The position numbers were made by a program, and so were the translations under genes. The notes under the pieces were generated by a model. That model saw nothing but the letters and a program-made list of their open reading frames with translations. It was not told where the DNA came from and did not search any database. A stretch of 64,000 nt of DNA from an uncultured Planctomycetaceae bacterium (GTDB lineage Bacteria > Planctomycetota > Planctomycetia > Planctomycetales > Planctomycetaceae), in NCBI GenBank assembly GCA_963815195.1, contig CAWFGE010000014.1, forward strand, positions 1 through 64,000, written 5' to 3'. Position 1 is the stretch's first letter. Every line of letters begins with the position of its first letter. Of this stretch, positions 48,577-58,738 are shown piece after piece.

Positions 48577-49676
48577 TCAGTCTCTCGCTTTCGCAGCGAT
48601 CTTGGCGATGTACTTGTCCAGGCTGTGGTCGCTGACGCTGGGAAACAGTCCTTCGGTCTGAGGCTGCAAACGCGATTCGATCAATGGACGATTGACGCTG
48701 ACAACTTCCTGACCAATCCGTGATTGCAGAGCTTCATATTCGGCTGCTGTTAGCATGGGTGGTCCAGGTTCAACACCTTCATTGCCGATCGACTCAACGA
48801 ACGCCTGCTCAGTCGATGGCAACGATTGCCCGTTCTGTAGGTTGCCCAGGGGATCGAAGTGCAGCAGGCGACCCACATGTTGATAACCCGGTGGTACTCG
48901 CGGCACTATGTCATCATCGTTCACGAAACGGAAGAACTTCCTGGAGTAATGCTGCATGAAGTACATTCGGAAAGCACCTCTCCCGACGGCTGGCTGCCCA
49001 AATGTCACGACCCATGATGCTGGCATGAAATCCTGCCATTCGGCGGCCATCATTGTTGCGAGTGCTCCTCCCAAACTGTGGCCTGTCAAAATGAGCTTTC
49101 GCCCACCGACTCCCGAGAGCGCCGTCCTCAACCGCGCCTCGACGGCCTGAAATGCTCCGAGAAATCCCCGGTGCGCAACCCCGTAGTTGCGCGAGTTCGC
49201 CCGGGGACGTTGATGTTTCTCAGCCAGTCGCCACGGCTTTCGGTCCCGCGAAATGAGACCAATGCGATCTCTGAGGTTAACGCGACGAAACACTGCGTGT
49301 CATCGACATCGATGAATTCGCAAGAACCAAAACCCCATGATCTCGTCAAGCCAAGGCAGGTCGACTTGACGCTCTGATCGGACTCGTATGCCAACTTGCT
49401 GGTAAGCGCCAAAGACAATGCCGCTTTCCAGGTGAAGGTCGACTTCGAGAGCGAATCCAGATGGAACGGTGCTGTAACAATCGTCGGTGGTGAACTTCCG
49501 AGCTGTCCCTCTGGCAATGGCTCAAGCGACATCTTGGGCTGCATGTCGCTCGCATGCATCGATAGGACAGGCATTCCGATCGTCACCGAGAGCAAAACGG
49601 GAACTGAAAACTCAGCATTGTTAGCCCGCGCAGCTAGAACCACGGTATGTGATAATGATCCGCCTCCGGAACTCAT
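48577..49676 (-). CDS. Class 3 lipase-family protein (frameshift near 49190; start uncertain)
   Basis: VSFRGT..DW, HRGF, TGHSLGGALA, TFGQPAVG, NDDDIVPRVP, DHSLDKY. Confidence 0.85.
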
Positions 49677-49837
49677 GACATCTTTACTCCCAGCTCAAGA
49701 ACAACAATCCAGTGCTGATCGGGTTTTCGTGAGCCCACGCTGACCTCTTTCATGCGATAGAAACAACAAGGACAGAAACAGGGACAATTGGTGCCAGCCA
49801 TGCGATCGCTGCAACGCGCAACCAACCTTCGAAAGGG

Positions 49838-50010
49838 TCAACACACATATGGAACAAACATCCATTTGACCCTGTTCGCGTAAGCGGCATATTCCGCGTC
49901 ACCCAGGAACACTCGCTCCTCAGCGAAGGCTCTTGTCACTAAGCAGGCTATCCCCACGCTTGCCACGACAACATTCCATCCTGTTGGATTACACGCCACA
50001 ACGATTGCGT
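49838..50010 (-). pseudogene. Isoprenylcysteine methyltransferase-like C-terminal fragment
   Basis: IVRHPF, RAFAEERVFL...YAAYANRVKWMFVPYV. Confidence 0.55.
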
Positions 50011-50884
50011 CACCACACATATACAATGAATGGATGGCGAACTATCGTGAAAGCTCCACGAGAGACGACCGCCCGCCTAGCGGGTAGAATGCCAAAACTC
50101 GTCCCCATGGCCTCAGCTCCCCGCCGTGCCTCGCGTTCTCGCTGCGATTGAGCAAGACGTTCTTGTTCAATCCGCTGCTGCTCTACCGTAGCGGTCGAAA
50201 GAATCTGCGTTGTTGATGCCCGGATGGCTGCTATATCGGATGGCAGCACCTTATCGATTTGTGCTCTGACAAAGGGGTCCGCCCAATCAGATGCTGGTGG
50301 AATATCAGGAGGAGGGTTTGCAACGTATCCTTGCTTCACGCGCGTTAGTAAGGCTTGGACTCTGGCGTTATCCGGGCTCGCAAGTTGGTGCTCGTTAAGT
50401 CTCAGTTCGATTGCCTTGTAGGAACTGTCCAGTGTTGCGGCTGCGTGCTCAATTTCGCTGGGACTTGACGCGGATCGATTGTATTTAGCGAGAACACCTA
50501 ACGCGTCTCCATTCCTCCGAATTTCTTTTTCGGCATCCCGCCGAGCGGCATCGACGAAATCGAGCTGCGCGGCGAGTCCATCGAGCGCGGTTTCGAGCCA
50601 AGCTCGCTTCAATTCGGGTGTGCCAGTTCGCTCAACAAGAATGCGAAGGATACCGTACAGCCGCTGCGGCTCGGGCCTGTCAACACGAAGCGAAGAATTC
50701 AAACGCGACTCACCTGCCGAAATATCTCCTGGTCGTCGTGCGTTTTCCGTCACAAGCGCACGGCGGGTTTCCTCCACGTCAACGCGGTCGTCGGCGTGAG
50801 GTGCCCGCGGATCATTGATCGCGGCGAGGTCCGAGAAGATTCCCAGGAGTGGGTCGATCCGCAGCGTGACAAGCTCATACAGCC

Positions 50885-50968
50885 GAGGGTGTCGATGGCA
50901 TCTTTGGCGAGGATCAGATTGACGATCTTTTGGAAATCATCGGAGCGTTTCGCCCGACAGATACATGA
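50885..50968 (+). pseudogene. Probable extreme 3' end of type I R-M hsdR
   Basis: EGVDGIFGEDQIDDLLEII...stop resembles the EcoEI-R C-terminal tail and lies directly upstream of hsdM. Confidence 0.45.
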
Positions 50969-51088
50969 TGCGGACCGTGACTGATGCAACAACGCACCTT
51001 CGACTTCGATGCTGATCTGCGTTCGTCAATCCGGGCCGCCACCAGGCAACACACACTTGAGACCATCTTTGACCTACGGAAAAAATCC

Positions 51089-51933
51089 ATGATTACCGGA
51101 GCACTTCGCAGCAAGATCGACCGCCTCTGGCTGGAGTTCCACTCAGGCGGCATCACCAACCCGCTGACCGTGATTGAGCAGATCACCTACCTGATGTTCC
51201 TGCGTCTGCTGGACATCGCCGAGATGCGGAACGAAAAAAAGGCGGCTCGCGCGAAGAAGCCCTTCAAGCGGGTCTTCGCCGATCCCGACGCCGATGGCAC
51301 CAAGGGTCACAGCGAGCAACATCTGCGCTGGCATCGTCTCCGCACGATGGACGGCCCGGCCCTGGTCCAACTGATGACCAAACCGAAGACCAAGGAAGAC
51401 CCGGCGGGCGGCGTCTTTGCGCATCTGAAAGAAATGTCCGCCGAGCAGACCACCTTCGGCGAGTTCATGAAGGATGCCCAGTTCCTGGTCATCAAGCCTC
51501 AGCTGCTGGTCAAGGCGATGGAACTGATCGAAGACCTTCCGTTGGAAAAGGGAGACACCAAGGGCGACCTGTACGAGTACATGCTCGGCAAACTGACCAC
51601 CGCCGGCATCAACGGCCAGTTCCGTACGCCGCCGCACATCATTCGCATGATGGTCGAGATCGTTGATCCCGAACCGCAGTGGAAAATCGGCGACCCAGCC
51701 TGCGGAACCGGCGGCTTCCTTGTCCGCACGATGGAGTATTTGCAGAAGAAATACACATCCGAGGGAGGCACGATCATCGAGGAAATCGTAAACGAAGACG
51801 GCTCGAAGGAAACGAACACGATTTATACCGGAGATGAACTGGAACCGTATCGAGATCACATTCAGAACGACATGTTCTACGGCTACGACTTTGATGCCAC
51901 CATGCTCCGCATCGCCGCAATGAACATGATGCT
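51089..51933 (+). pseudogene. hsdM: Type I restriction-modification methyltransferase, 3'-truncated
   Basis: [49 protein letters not shown], then an abrupt junction into antisense RT sequence; NPP motif absent. Confidence 0.9.
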
Positions 51934-53055
51934 GCCCCGCAGGGTGTGGTTGACGTCCTGGATGGTGGCTTCGAGATTGCAGCCTTTCTTGCGCCGCGTC
52001 TTTTGGCGGATCGCGTCTTTCAGTTTCTCCAGGCTCTTCTTGCGGGGAAAGCGTTTGCCCCGCGTGAAGTGATAGCCCAGAAACGCGAAGCCGTCGTCCA
52101 CGGCGTGCGCCACGTGCGTTTTCTCGGGATGCAAAGAGAGTCCGGCGTCCGCCGTCCAGGTTTCGACCAGAGCCAAAGCGTCTTGAGCTTCCTGCTCCGT
52201 GCGACACAGGATCACGAAGTCGTCGGCGTATCGCACCATCTCGAAGCCATTGAAGGCCATCAGGTGGTCCAGCGAATCGAGGTAGATGTTCGAAAGCAAA
52301 GGCGAGATCACCGCCCCTTGCGGACTGCCTTGTTCGGGAGTCCATTCGGAGAGGCCATCCATTACGCCTTGCTTCAGGAACGACTCGATCAAGGCCAGCA
52401 CCCGGCCGTCGCTGATCTTCGCGGCGATCAATTGCATCAGACCTTCGTGAGGAATCGTGTCGAAATAGCTTTTCAGGTCGGCATCCACAACATAAACATA
52501 ACCGGCCTTCAGGAGCGCATCGACACGCCGGAGCGCATCTTTGCATCCGCGTCCGGGACGGAAGCCGTACGAATGTTCGGCGAAGTCCCGTTCGAAGATC
52601 GGTTCGATCACATCGCGAAGCGCCGTTTGCACGACGCGATCGCGGATCGTGGGGATTCCCAGAGGTCGCTTGTCCCGGCTGCCCGGTTTGGGGATCAGAA
52701 TTCGGCGAACGGATTTGGGTTGGTACGTGCCGGCTTTGAGTTCGTCGGAGAGTTCGCGAACATTTTCCGCGATCCGATCTTCGAACATCGCCGGCGTGAC
52801 GTGATCCACACCCGCCGCTTTGTTCTTTCGTCCCGTCACCTGGCGGGCTGCCGAGTGCAGCGTGTCCTCGCGATAGACCTTGTCAATCAGACTGAACCAT
52901 TGGCCCCCTTTCACTCCGTTCACCAGAGCTGTCAACATGCGGTCCGTCCAGATCCAAGGTTTAGTCCACGCCCAGTTGCTCCGGACGCTTTCCGCTCCGG
53001 CTTGTGTAGCCTGATGAGGCACTTCCGCCGGTCTCATTTCCTTGTTGTCTGTCAT
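51934..53055 (-). CDS. ltrA: Group II intron reverse transcriptase/maturase, truncated in domain X
   Basis: [61 protein letters not shown]. Confidence 0.9.
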
Positions 53056-53555
53056 CTCGCATCCACCTTCCTGCCCCCCTTTGCTCCACGGGAATTACCC
53101 CGCTTCCACGCTCGTATGAGGGCTCTGACTTTCGCGGCCCCTTCGCCTCCGGCGAAAACCTTTGCAGGTCCGCGAATCTCTGTGCTTAAATTGTTTGGCC
53201 TTCCGACCATTCCGTCCCCAACCACCTTACTGCCCTGCCCCTGCCGTCAGTTGCACACTACCCTTACTGCGGCAGGCGTCCCCAAAGTTGCTCCCCGGCG
53301 GACCGAAAAGGTCGGGAGCTATGGCCACGACTTTGAGGTTCGGGTTTCACCATTAGCTAGCAGGCTCACCGGTAGGCTCGGCCGAAACGGGTTCGCTTTA
53401 CTACGGACTGGTCGTTCTCCTCCAGTTGCTTCCCACCCCGATGGTTCGCACCTATCCCTGCTTGCCATCGACGCAGTTCCCTTCAGATTCAGGTCGGAGA
53501 GTGACTCCCTGAAGAGGACTTCCACCTCTCTGACCAAACAACTTCACACACGCAC
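51934..53555 (-). mobile_element. Group II intron (probably class IIC), 3'-truncated
   Basis: 5' boundary GTGCG at 53555 (minus), ~500 nt leader, RT ORF; domains V/VI not present before the hsdM junction. Confidence 0.85.
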
Positions 53556-53557
53556 TA

Positions 53558-53686
53558 GCCACCGGATCACCGGTCATTCTCGACGCCATCCTCGAAAAGA
53601 TCGACAACTGCACCGCCTTTGTCGCCGACGTCTCGATCATCAACTCCGCCGACGTCCGCCGTGATCCCTCGGCACGCTCGATATAG
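53558..53686 (+). pseudogene. Fragment of a TIR / nucleoside-deoxyribosyltransferase-like protein (intron target)
   Basis: ATGSPVILDAILEKIDNCTAFVADVSIIN translated by eye; the usual NPNV..ELG continuation is missing. Confidence 0.55.
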
Positions 53687-53700
53687 GAAGAACAGGAACC

Positions 53701-54766
53701 ATGATCAAAGGAATCTATGTCAGAAACTTCAAAGGCATCGGGGAGCAGGGCGTCACGCTGGAACTCGAACCGGTCACATTGCTCTTCGGGAGCAATAGCG
53801 CCGGGAAAGATACTTACGACGTCGTTGCCATCACGCATCTTGATAACGATCATACCTGCAAGGCCGAGACCTTCTTTCACTTCGATTACGCCAAAAAGTA
53901 CCAGGGCGAGGGGAGGTTCAAGATCAAGAGTTTGTGGGTGCCCGCGGGTGTTATCACCGAAAGCCGCAACGGACTCGGCGACGGGGCGAAGGCGCTGCAG
54001 GCGGAAGCGCGCCACCGGCTGAGAAAGGGGTACGGCATCCGCGTCTTTTCCCGACCGGCGGCACTGAAGGACTGGCTGGAAGCCAATGATTTGACGCTGG
54101 AGGACCGCGAACACCTCATCACCGACGCCGGCCAATTGGCCAAGGAGGCTGACGCTGTCGGCCGATAGCGTGGAGTTTTTCGTACACAGCCCCTTCGCTT
54201 GGCGGCAGGATGACGAGTTGTTCGACCGCAACCGTGATGCTCTGGTCATGCAGGCGACGTTCAATTCCAGCGACCAAATCACCCGCGCCATCCTCGGCTC
54301 CGACGCCGACTGGGATGCGCTGGCGAAAATCGTGCAGACCACAAAGCGGCACAAGCGATCTGAACGCCTCAACTGCATCTTTAAGCTGCCGCATCACTGC
54401 TCGTATCTCTCCATCGGCCCCGAGAAGGGAGATGAGAAGACCGTCCCCGATAAGCATGTGAAGTGGCTGTTCGAGACCCAGAGCAATGACGGTTGCATAA
54501 TCGTCTCTCCCAGCTGGCCGATCCCCGCGAAGGGCAGCAAGGAGGACAAGGATCCACAGCCGCCGCACCGTCAGGCCAAAAACTATTATTACGACGATGT
54601 TGTCACCGCGCACGACGGCGAGTGGAAAGTGACGATGGAGCACCCGAAGGTCTCCGCTCCCAAGCCCATTGTCATCGAGATCTCAAGCAGCGGGGCGATG
54701 CTCAAGAAGCAGATCGCCGTCGGTGCCGCCGCCGTCATTGGCACCAACGCTCCACGGGCTGGCTAA
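53701..54766 (+). CDS. Metallo-beta-lactamase-fold (ComEC-like) hydrolase with N-terminus replaced by an ATPase stub (frameshift near 54145)
   Basis: First 36 aa are ABC/AAA-like (NFKGI...LFGSNSAGK); then THLDNDH, LWVP, N..ALV, GSDAD, KLPHHCS; ends APRAG. Confidence 0.8.
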
Positions 54767-54769
54767 ATA

Positions 54770-57023
54770 ATGGCTGCGGAATACCTTATGCCACCAGGCA
54801 TCGTCGTCCAGCCGATGGCATTGACGTTGGGTCGAGCGCACGGCGCTGACCGAGGCGCTGGCGCCGGTCGGCTGCCATATGTTGAGCTTCTGGACTGCGT
54901 GCAACACAGCGCGGACGGGGACCTTGAGGAGACGGTGGTCTTTGAGGTGGAAGTCGAGCGCCGCAAAGACGTGTGCATGACGTGCGCCGGAAGGAGCGGA
55001 TTGCAGTCACCTTTAAACCGGCGGACAATTGGTATCCCGAAGTGGTGGCGTTGCGCGCCGACTTCCCGAAGGTGCCGCACACCAACCTGCGCGACGCCGA
55101 GTTCCCGCGAAGTCTCTGCCTGTACGACCAGCCATGGTCGCAAATCGCGTTGCGTTGGACGCCCACTCTATTCGTCGAACGCATTCGCTTTTGGCTGGCC
55201 GAGACCGCCAAGGGCACGCTCCACCAGGACGACCAGCCGCTGGAGCCGCTGTTGTTCGGCAGTGGCTACCACATCGTTCTCCCCGCCGACTATTTCGAAG
55301 GCGAAACGGAAGGCAATTACCAGGAGCTGAAGGTCTCACTCGCCTACAATAAAAAGGACTGTCGCACTCTTTTTGCGGAGAAGGGTCAGGGCACCGAAGG
55401 CCTGCCATATCTCGCACTGTCATTCCTCGCAGCTCCACAGATGCACGGTACAATCCGCCACTCGCCTCACAACCTGCGCGAGCTTGACGAATTCCTAAAG
55501 CCGGCGGGTATCGTCCTGATCGAATCGCTCCGCGCGAAGCTGGCCGACTGGAATAAGCCCGAACTGCTTGACATGCGCATTCTCTTTGTGATCGCCTTTC
55601 CGTTGCTGCGAGCGGGGCAGGCAACCGTCGAGAGCACCGATATGTGGGTTTTCTTCACGCTGAAAAGCATCGCCGAAGTCGGAATCGACATCGGTTTGTG
55701 GGAGAAAAGCCAGCACGGGCTGGGAACTCAGTTGAGGCACAATCCGGCAGCAGACGGCAGCAGCGTTCCGCTTGACATCATTTCGCCGCATTTCGACTTT
55801 TCTCGCTCCAATGCCGCTGCTGCTAGCGGACTCAGCCCGGACACCTGTCCCGCCGTTGCCATCGGTGCCGGCGCGCTCGGGTCGCAGATGCTCAGGCTTC
55901 TGGCGCAGTGCGGCTTCGGCGTCTGGTGCGTGATTGATGAAGACATCCTCCTTCCCCACAATCTCGCCCGCCACGCCCTCGATCAAGCGGCCGTCGGAAA
56001 GCCAAAGGCAGCGACCGTTGCCGCTTGCTTGCGGCAGATTTATTTTGAGGACCAGCCGCTGAACTTCATTGAGGCCGACATCCTGCACCCCGGCAGCAAC
56101 AAGGGAAAAATCGAGGAGCAACTCCAGACCGCAGAACTGGTCCTCGACCTGGCAGCGGCGATTCCGGTGTCGCGGTATCTCCGCACGAAGCGCCGGGTGC
56201 GGCACGTCGGGTATCGCTATTCCTGAATCCGCGCGGAAATGATCTCGTGCTGCTGGCGGAGGATGTCAGCCGAACGCTCCGCCTAGATTGCCTGGAAATG
56301 CAATATTACCGCGCACTCTGCCGCGACGCCGAGCTACGGGAGCACCTAGCCCCACCGTCCGGGCGGCTCCGGTACGCGCGCTCCTGTCGGGATGTTAGCG
56401 CCAAGATCCCGAATCATGCCGTGGCGATGCATGCGGCGATCGGGGCTAAGGGCATTCGGCAGGTGGCCGATTCGGATGGCGCGGCTATCCGCATCTGGCA
56501 TTCCGCCCCCGAGACACTCGATGTCCGGCGATTCGATGTCCCACCCTCGCCCGTGCACCGCCATGTCTATGGTCCGTGGACACTCGTGGTGGACGAATAC
56601 GTGCAGTGCCGGGTTTCAGAGCTGCGGCAGTCCAAGTTGCCGAAGGAAACCGGTGGTGTTCTGATGGGTGCGTACGACCTCGACCGGCGAATTATCTACG
56701 TCGTTGATACCATCCCGTCACCGCCGGATAGCGAAGAGTGGCCAACGCTCTACATTCGTGGGAAGAAAGGCTTGGCTGGGCAGGTGAAGGAGATCACCGC
56801 GATCACCGACGGCCAGCTCGAATATGTTGGCGAGTGGCACTCGCATCCCGAAAACTGCGCCTGCAGGCCCAGCGACGACGACCTTAAGGTTTTCGGTTGG
56901 CTGACGAAAAATATGGCCGAGGCCGGCTTACCGGCTCTCATGGCGATCGCCGGCCAAGGGCCTATCGTGGCTTGGTATCTCGGCGTCATGCCGCGTAGCG
57001 GTGGCTGGGAGGTAGGATTATGA
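54770..57023 (+). CDS. Prokaryotic E2 + E1 (ThiF) + JAB fusion (Cap2-Cap3-like; 2-3 frameshifts)
   Basis: E2: FPKVPHTN...SLCLYD...W; E1: IGAGALGS, DEDILLPHNLARH, ARSCRD; JAB: ETGGVLMG, YVGEWHSHP, PSDDD. Confidence 0.88.
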
Positions 57024-57059
57024 TCAGTTACCGCGGAATTGGCTGACCGGAGTACCCAC

Positions 57060-57803
57060 ATGAAGATCCCGTTTTCCGTTTACGACTTCTTTGCCTATCT
57101 CACGACTGGTTTTCTACTCCTGTGCGCGGCCGACTATGCCTTTGACATCGGCTGGCTGCAGAAGGAGAAGGTGCCGCCAGGCATAATCGGCTTCCTCATC
57201 GTAAGCGGCTATATCCTTGGTCATTTCGTCGCCCACCTGTCCAGTTTTTTCCTGGAGCACAAGTTCCTGCGCGGAGTGCTGAAGTCTCCGGAGGAAACAC
57301 TGTTCGAGAAGCAGGCGAAGGACTTCTGGTCCTACATTTTCCCAATTTTTTACAAGCCGTTTCCCCCGGAGACACAGCAGCGCGTTATGTCACGTGCAGC
57401 CGCAGCAGGAATCGAGCGGCCAGGGCGGGCGCTGTTCTTCCATTGTTTCGCCATCGTGAAGCGGGACAAGTCCACCGCCGAACGGCTTGGCACGTTCCTC
57501 AATGTTTACGGCTTCTGCCGCAACATGAGCATGGCGGCCCTAATCGCCGCGGGCATCCTTCTTTTTGCCACATTCCAGCACTGGTCCGCGGCGGCCATTG
57601 ACACGGCAAAGCTGGCCTGGGCGGGTGTTGCCATCGTGGTGGCGATTGTCTTGTTCTACCGCTATCTCAAGTTTTTCAAGCACTACACGGAGGAGGTGTT
57701 CCGGGATTATGCCGAGCCTGAGAAGTTAGCGGCATCGCAACCAGCGGCATCAAATACACCTACTGAGGCAGACACACCACCTGCACCGGCCAGCACTGCA
57801 TGA
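57060..57803 (+). CDS. Four-helix membrane protein
   Basis: Two pairs of hydrophobic segments (FFAYLTTGFLLLCAA, IIGFLIVSGYILG; MAALIAAGILLFA, LAWAGVAIVVAIVLF); starts 36 nt after the JAB stop. Confidence 0.8.
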   Translation: MKIPFSVYDFFAYLTTGFLLLCAADYAFDIGWLQKEKVPPGIIGFLIVSGYILGHFVAHLSSFFLEHKFLRGVLKSPEETLFEKQAKDFWSYIFPIFYKPFPPETQQRVMSRAAAAGIERPGRALFFHCFAIVKRDKSTAERLGTFLNVYGFCRNMSMAALIAAGILLFATFQHWSAAAIDTAKLAWAGVAIVVAIVLFYRYLKFFKHYTEEVFRDYAEPEKLAASQPAASNTPTEADTPPAPASTA

Positions 57804-57898
57804 CAGCAGTTCCAAAACAACCTCAAGATTGTGGCGCGCTGGGAGGCGGGGAGCAGTCGGTAGACGCTTGGGGAAAAAGGAGTACGGGGCGCATGGCT

Positions 57899-58024
57899 TT
57901 AAGCGGCCTTTCGGATTTTCTGGAGCGTTTCAATGGCGGCTTTTGCCTTTTCCACGCTGCCCATATTTTCCACGAACTGCCGCAATTTCAGGATGTCCTG
58001 TTCCTCGGGTTTGTCGTCGGCCAT
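57899..58024 (-). CDS. 41-aa protein MADDKPEEQDILKLRQFVENMGSVEKAKAAIETLQKIRKAA
   Basis: AAAGGA RBS; resembles the C-terminal helical hairpin of the neighbouring protein. Confidence 0.6.
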   Translation of the reverse strand: MADDKPEEQDILKLRQFVENMGSVEKAKAAIETLQKIRKAA

Positions 58025-58239
58025 CAGAATTCCTTTCTGAATGTTTGGGTTCTGGATCTTTCCTATTTGATCGGCAATGGCGATCGTGGAAATTGAACGA
58101 AGTCGGCACACATGTTCGCCCATAGCGTATTACTGACGCTCCCGTGGCTTCTGGGCACGCGTTTACTGTATATAGCCACGCAGAATCGCTAACATTCCAC
58201 ATCAGCCCGATCACCATTCAGATTTAGAAAGACGGCATC

Positions 58240-58608
58240 ATGGCGAAAAAAAAATCCAAAGGCGTTAGCAAAAGCCAAGCCATCCGCGACTACCTGGCGG
58301 AGCACCCGGACGCCACGGCATCAACCATTCGCCCCGCACTTGCCGAGCGCGGTATTAACGTAAGTCTGGCGCTGGTTGGTCAGATCAAACATCGGATGAA
58401 CGATTCGGGCGGATCGGGATCCAAGAGGAAAACCGCGAAAAAGACGGTGGGCAGAAAGAAAGCAGCCCGGAAGGCGACGCCTAGGAAAGCTGCGTCCGGC
58501 AGTGCCCTGAGTGCAGCCAATCTTGTTGAAGCGAAGAAACTGGTCGATGACCTGGGTGGAATCGATCAAGCCCGCCAGGCGCTGAAATACCTGGAAGAAT
58601 TGGGATAG
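58240..58608 (+). CDS. Basic, putatively DNA-binding protein (Lys/Ala-rich linker)
   Basis: SKSQAIRDYL...HTH-like N-terminus; KKAARKATPRKAA linker; LVEAKKLVDDLGGIDQARQAL C-terminus. Confidence 0.75.
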   Translation: MAKKKSKGVSKSQAIRDYLAEHPDATASTIRPALAERGINVSLALVGQIKHRMNDSGGSGSKRKTAKKTVGRKKAARKATPRKAASGSALSAANLVEAKKLVDDLGGIDQARQALKYLEELG

Positions 58609-58689
58609 GCTGGCGGCTGGTGTCAAAATCGAGAGTGGCGGGGTGGGGAATCGGCTGAAATACCTGGAAGAATTGGGATAGGCTGGCGG
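58581..58689 (+). repeat. 36-bp exact direct repeat spanning the stop codon
   Basis: GCTGAAATACCTGGAAGAATTGGGATAGGCTGGCGG at 58581-58616 and 58654-58689. Confidence 0.9.
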
Positions 58690-58738
58690 GCATCCAAGAT
58701 TTGCGACGGATTATTCGTCTGGTTACTCGCTCCTTTTC

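Noticed and set aside
50010..50777. 255-aa helical ORF
   Set aside because: Probably a start-less gene remnant fused to a methyltransferase fragment; I could not assign a family.
51883..53055. RT as a retron, DGR or CRISPR-associated RT
   Set aside because: Motifs, domain X and the GTGCG boundary fit a group II intron; no template/variable repeat pair or Cas1 fusion; 22 kb from the array.
51143..53664. Long ORFs 51946-53664 (+) and 51143-52546 (-)
   Set aside because: Antisense or alternate-frame shadows of the RT and hsdM in GC-rich DNA; no recognisable motifs.
1351..57023. Ub-like protein at 1351 as substrate of the E2-E1-JAB at 54770
   Set aside because: 53 kb apart in different modules; the MBL's own Gly-ending tail is the simpler candidate.
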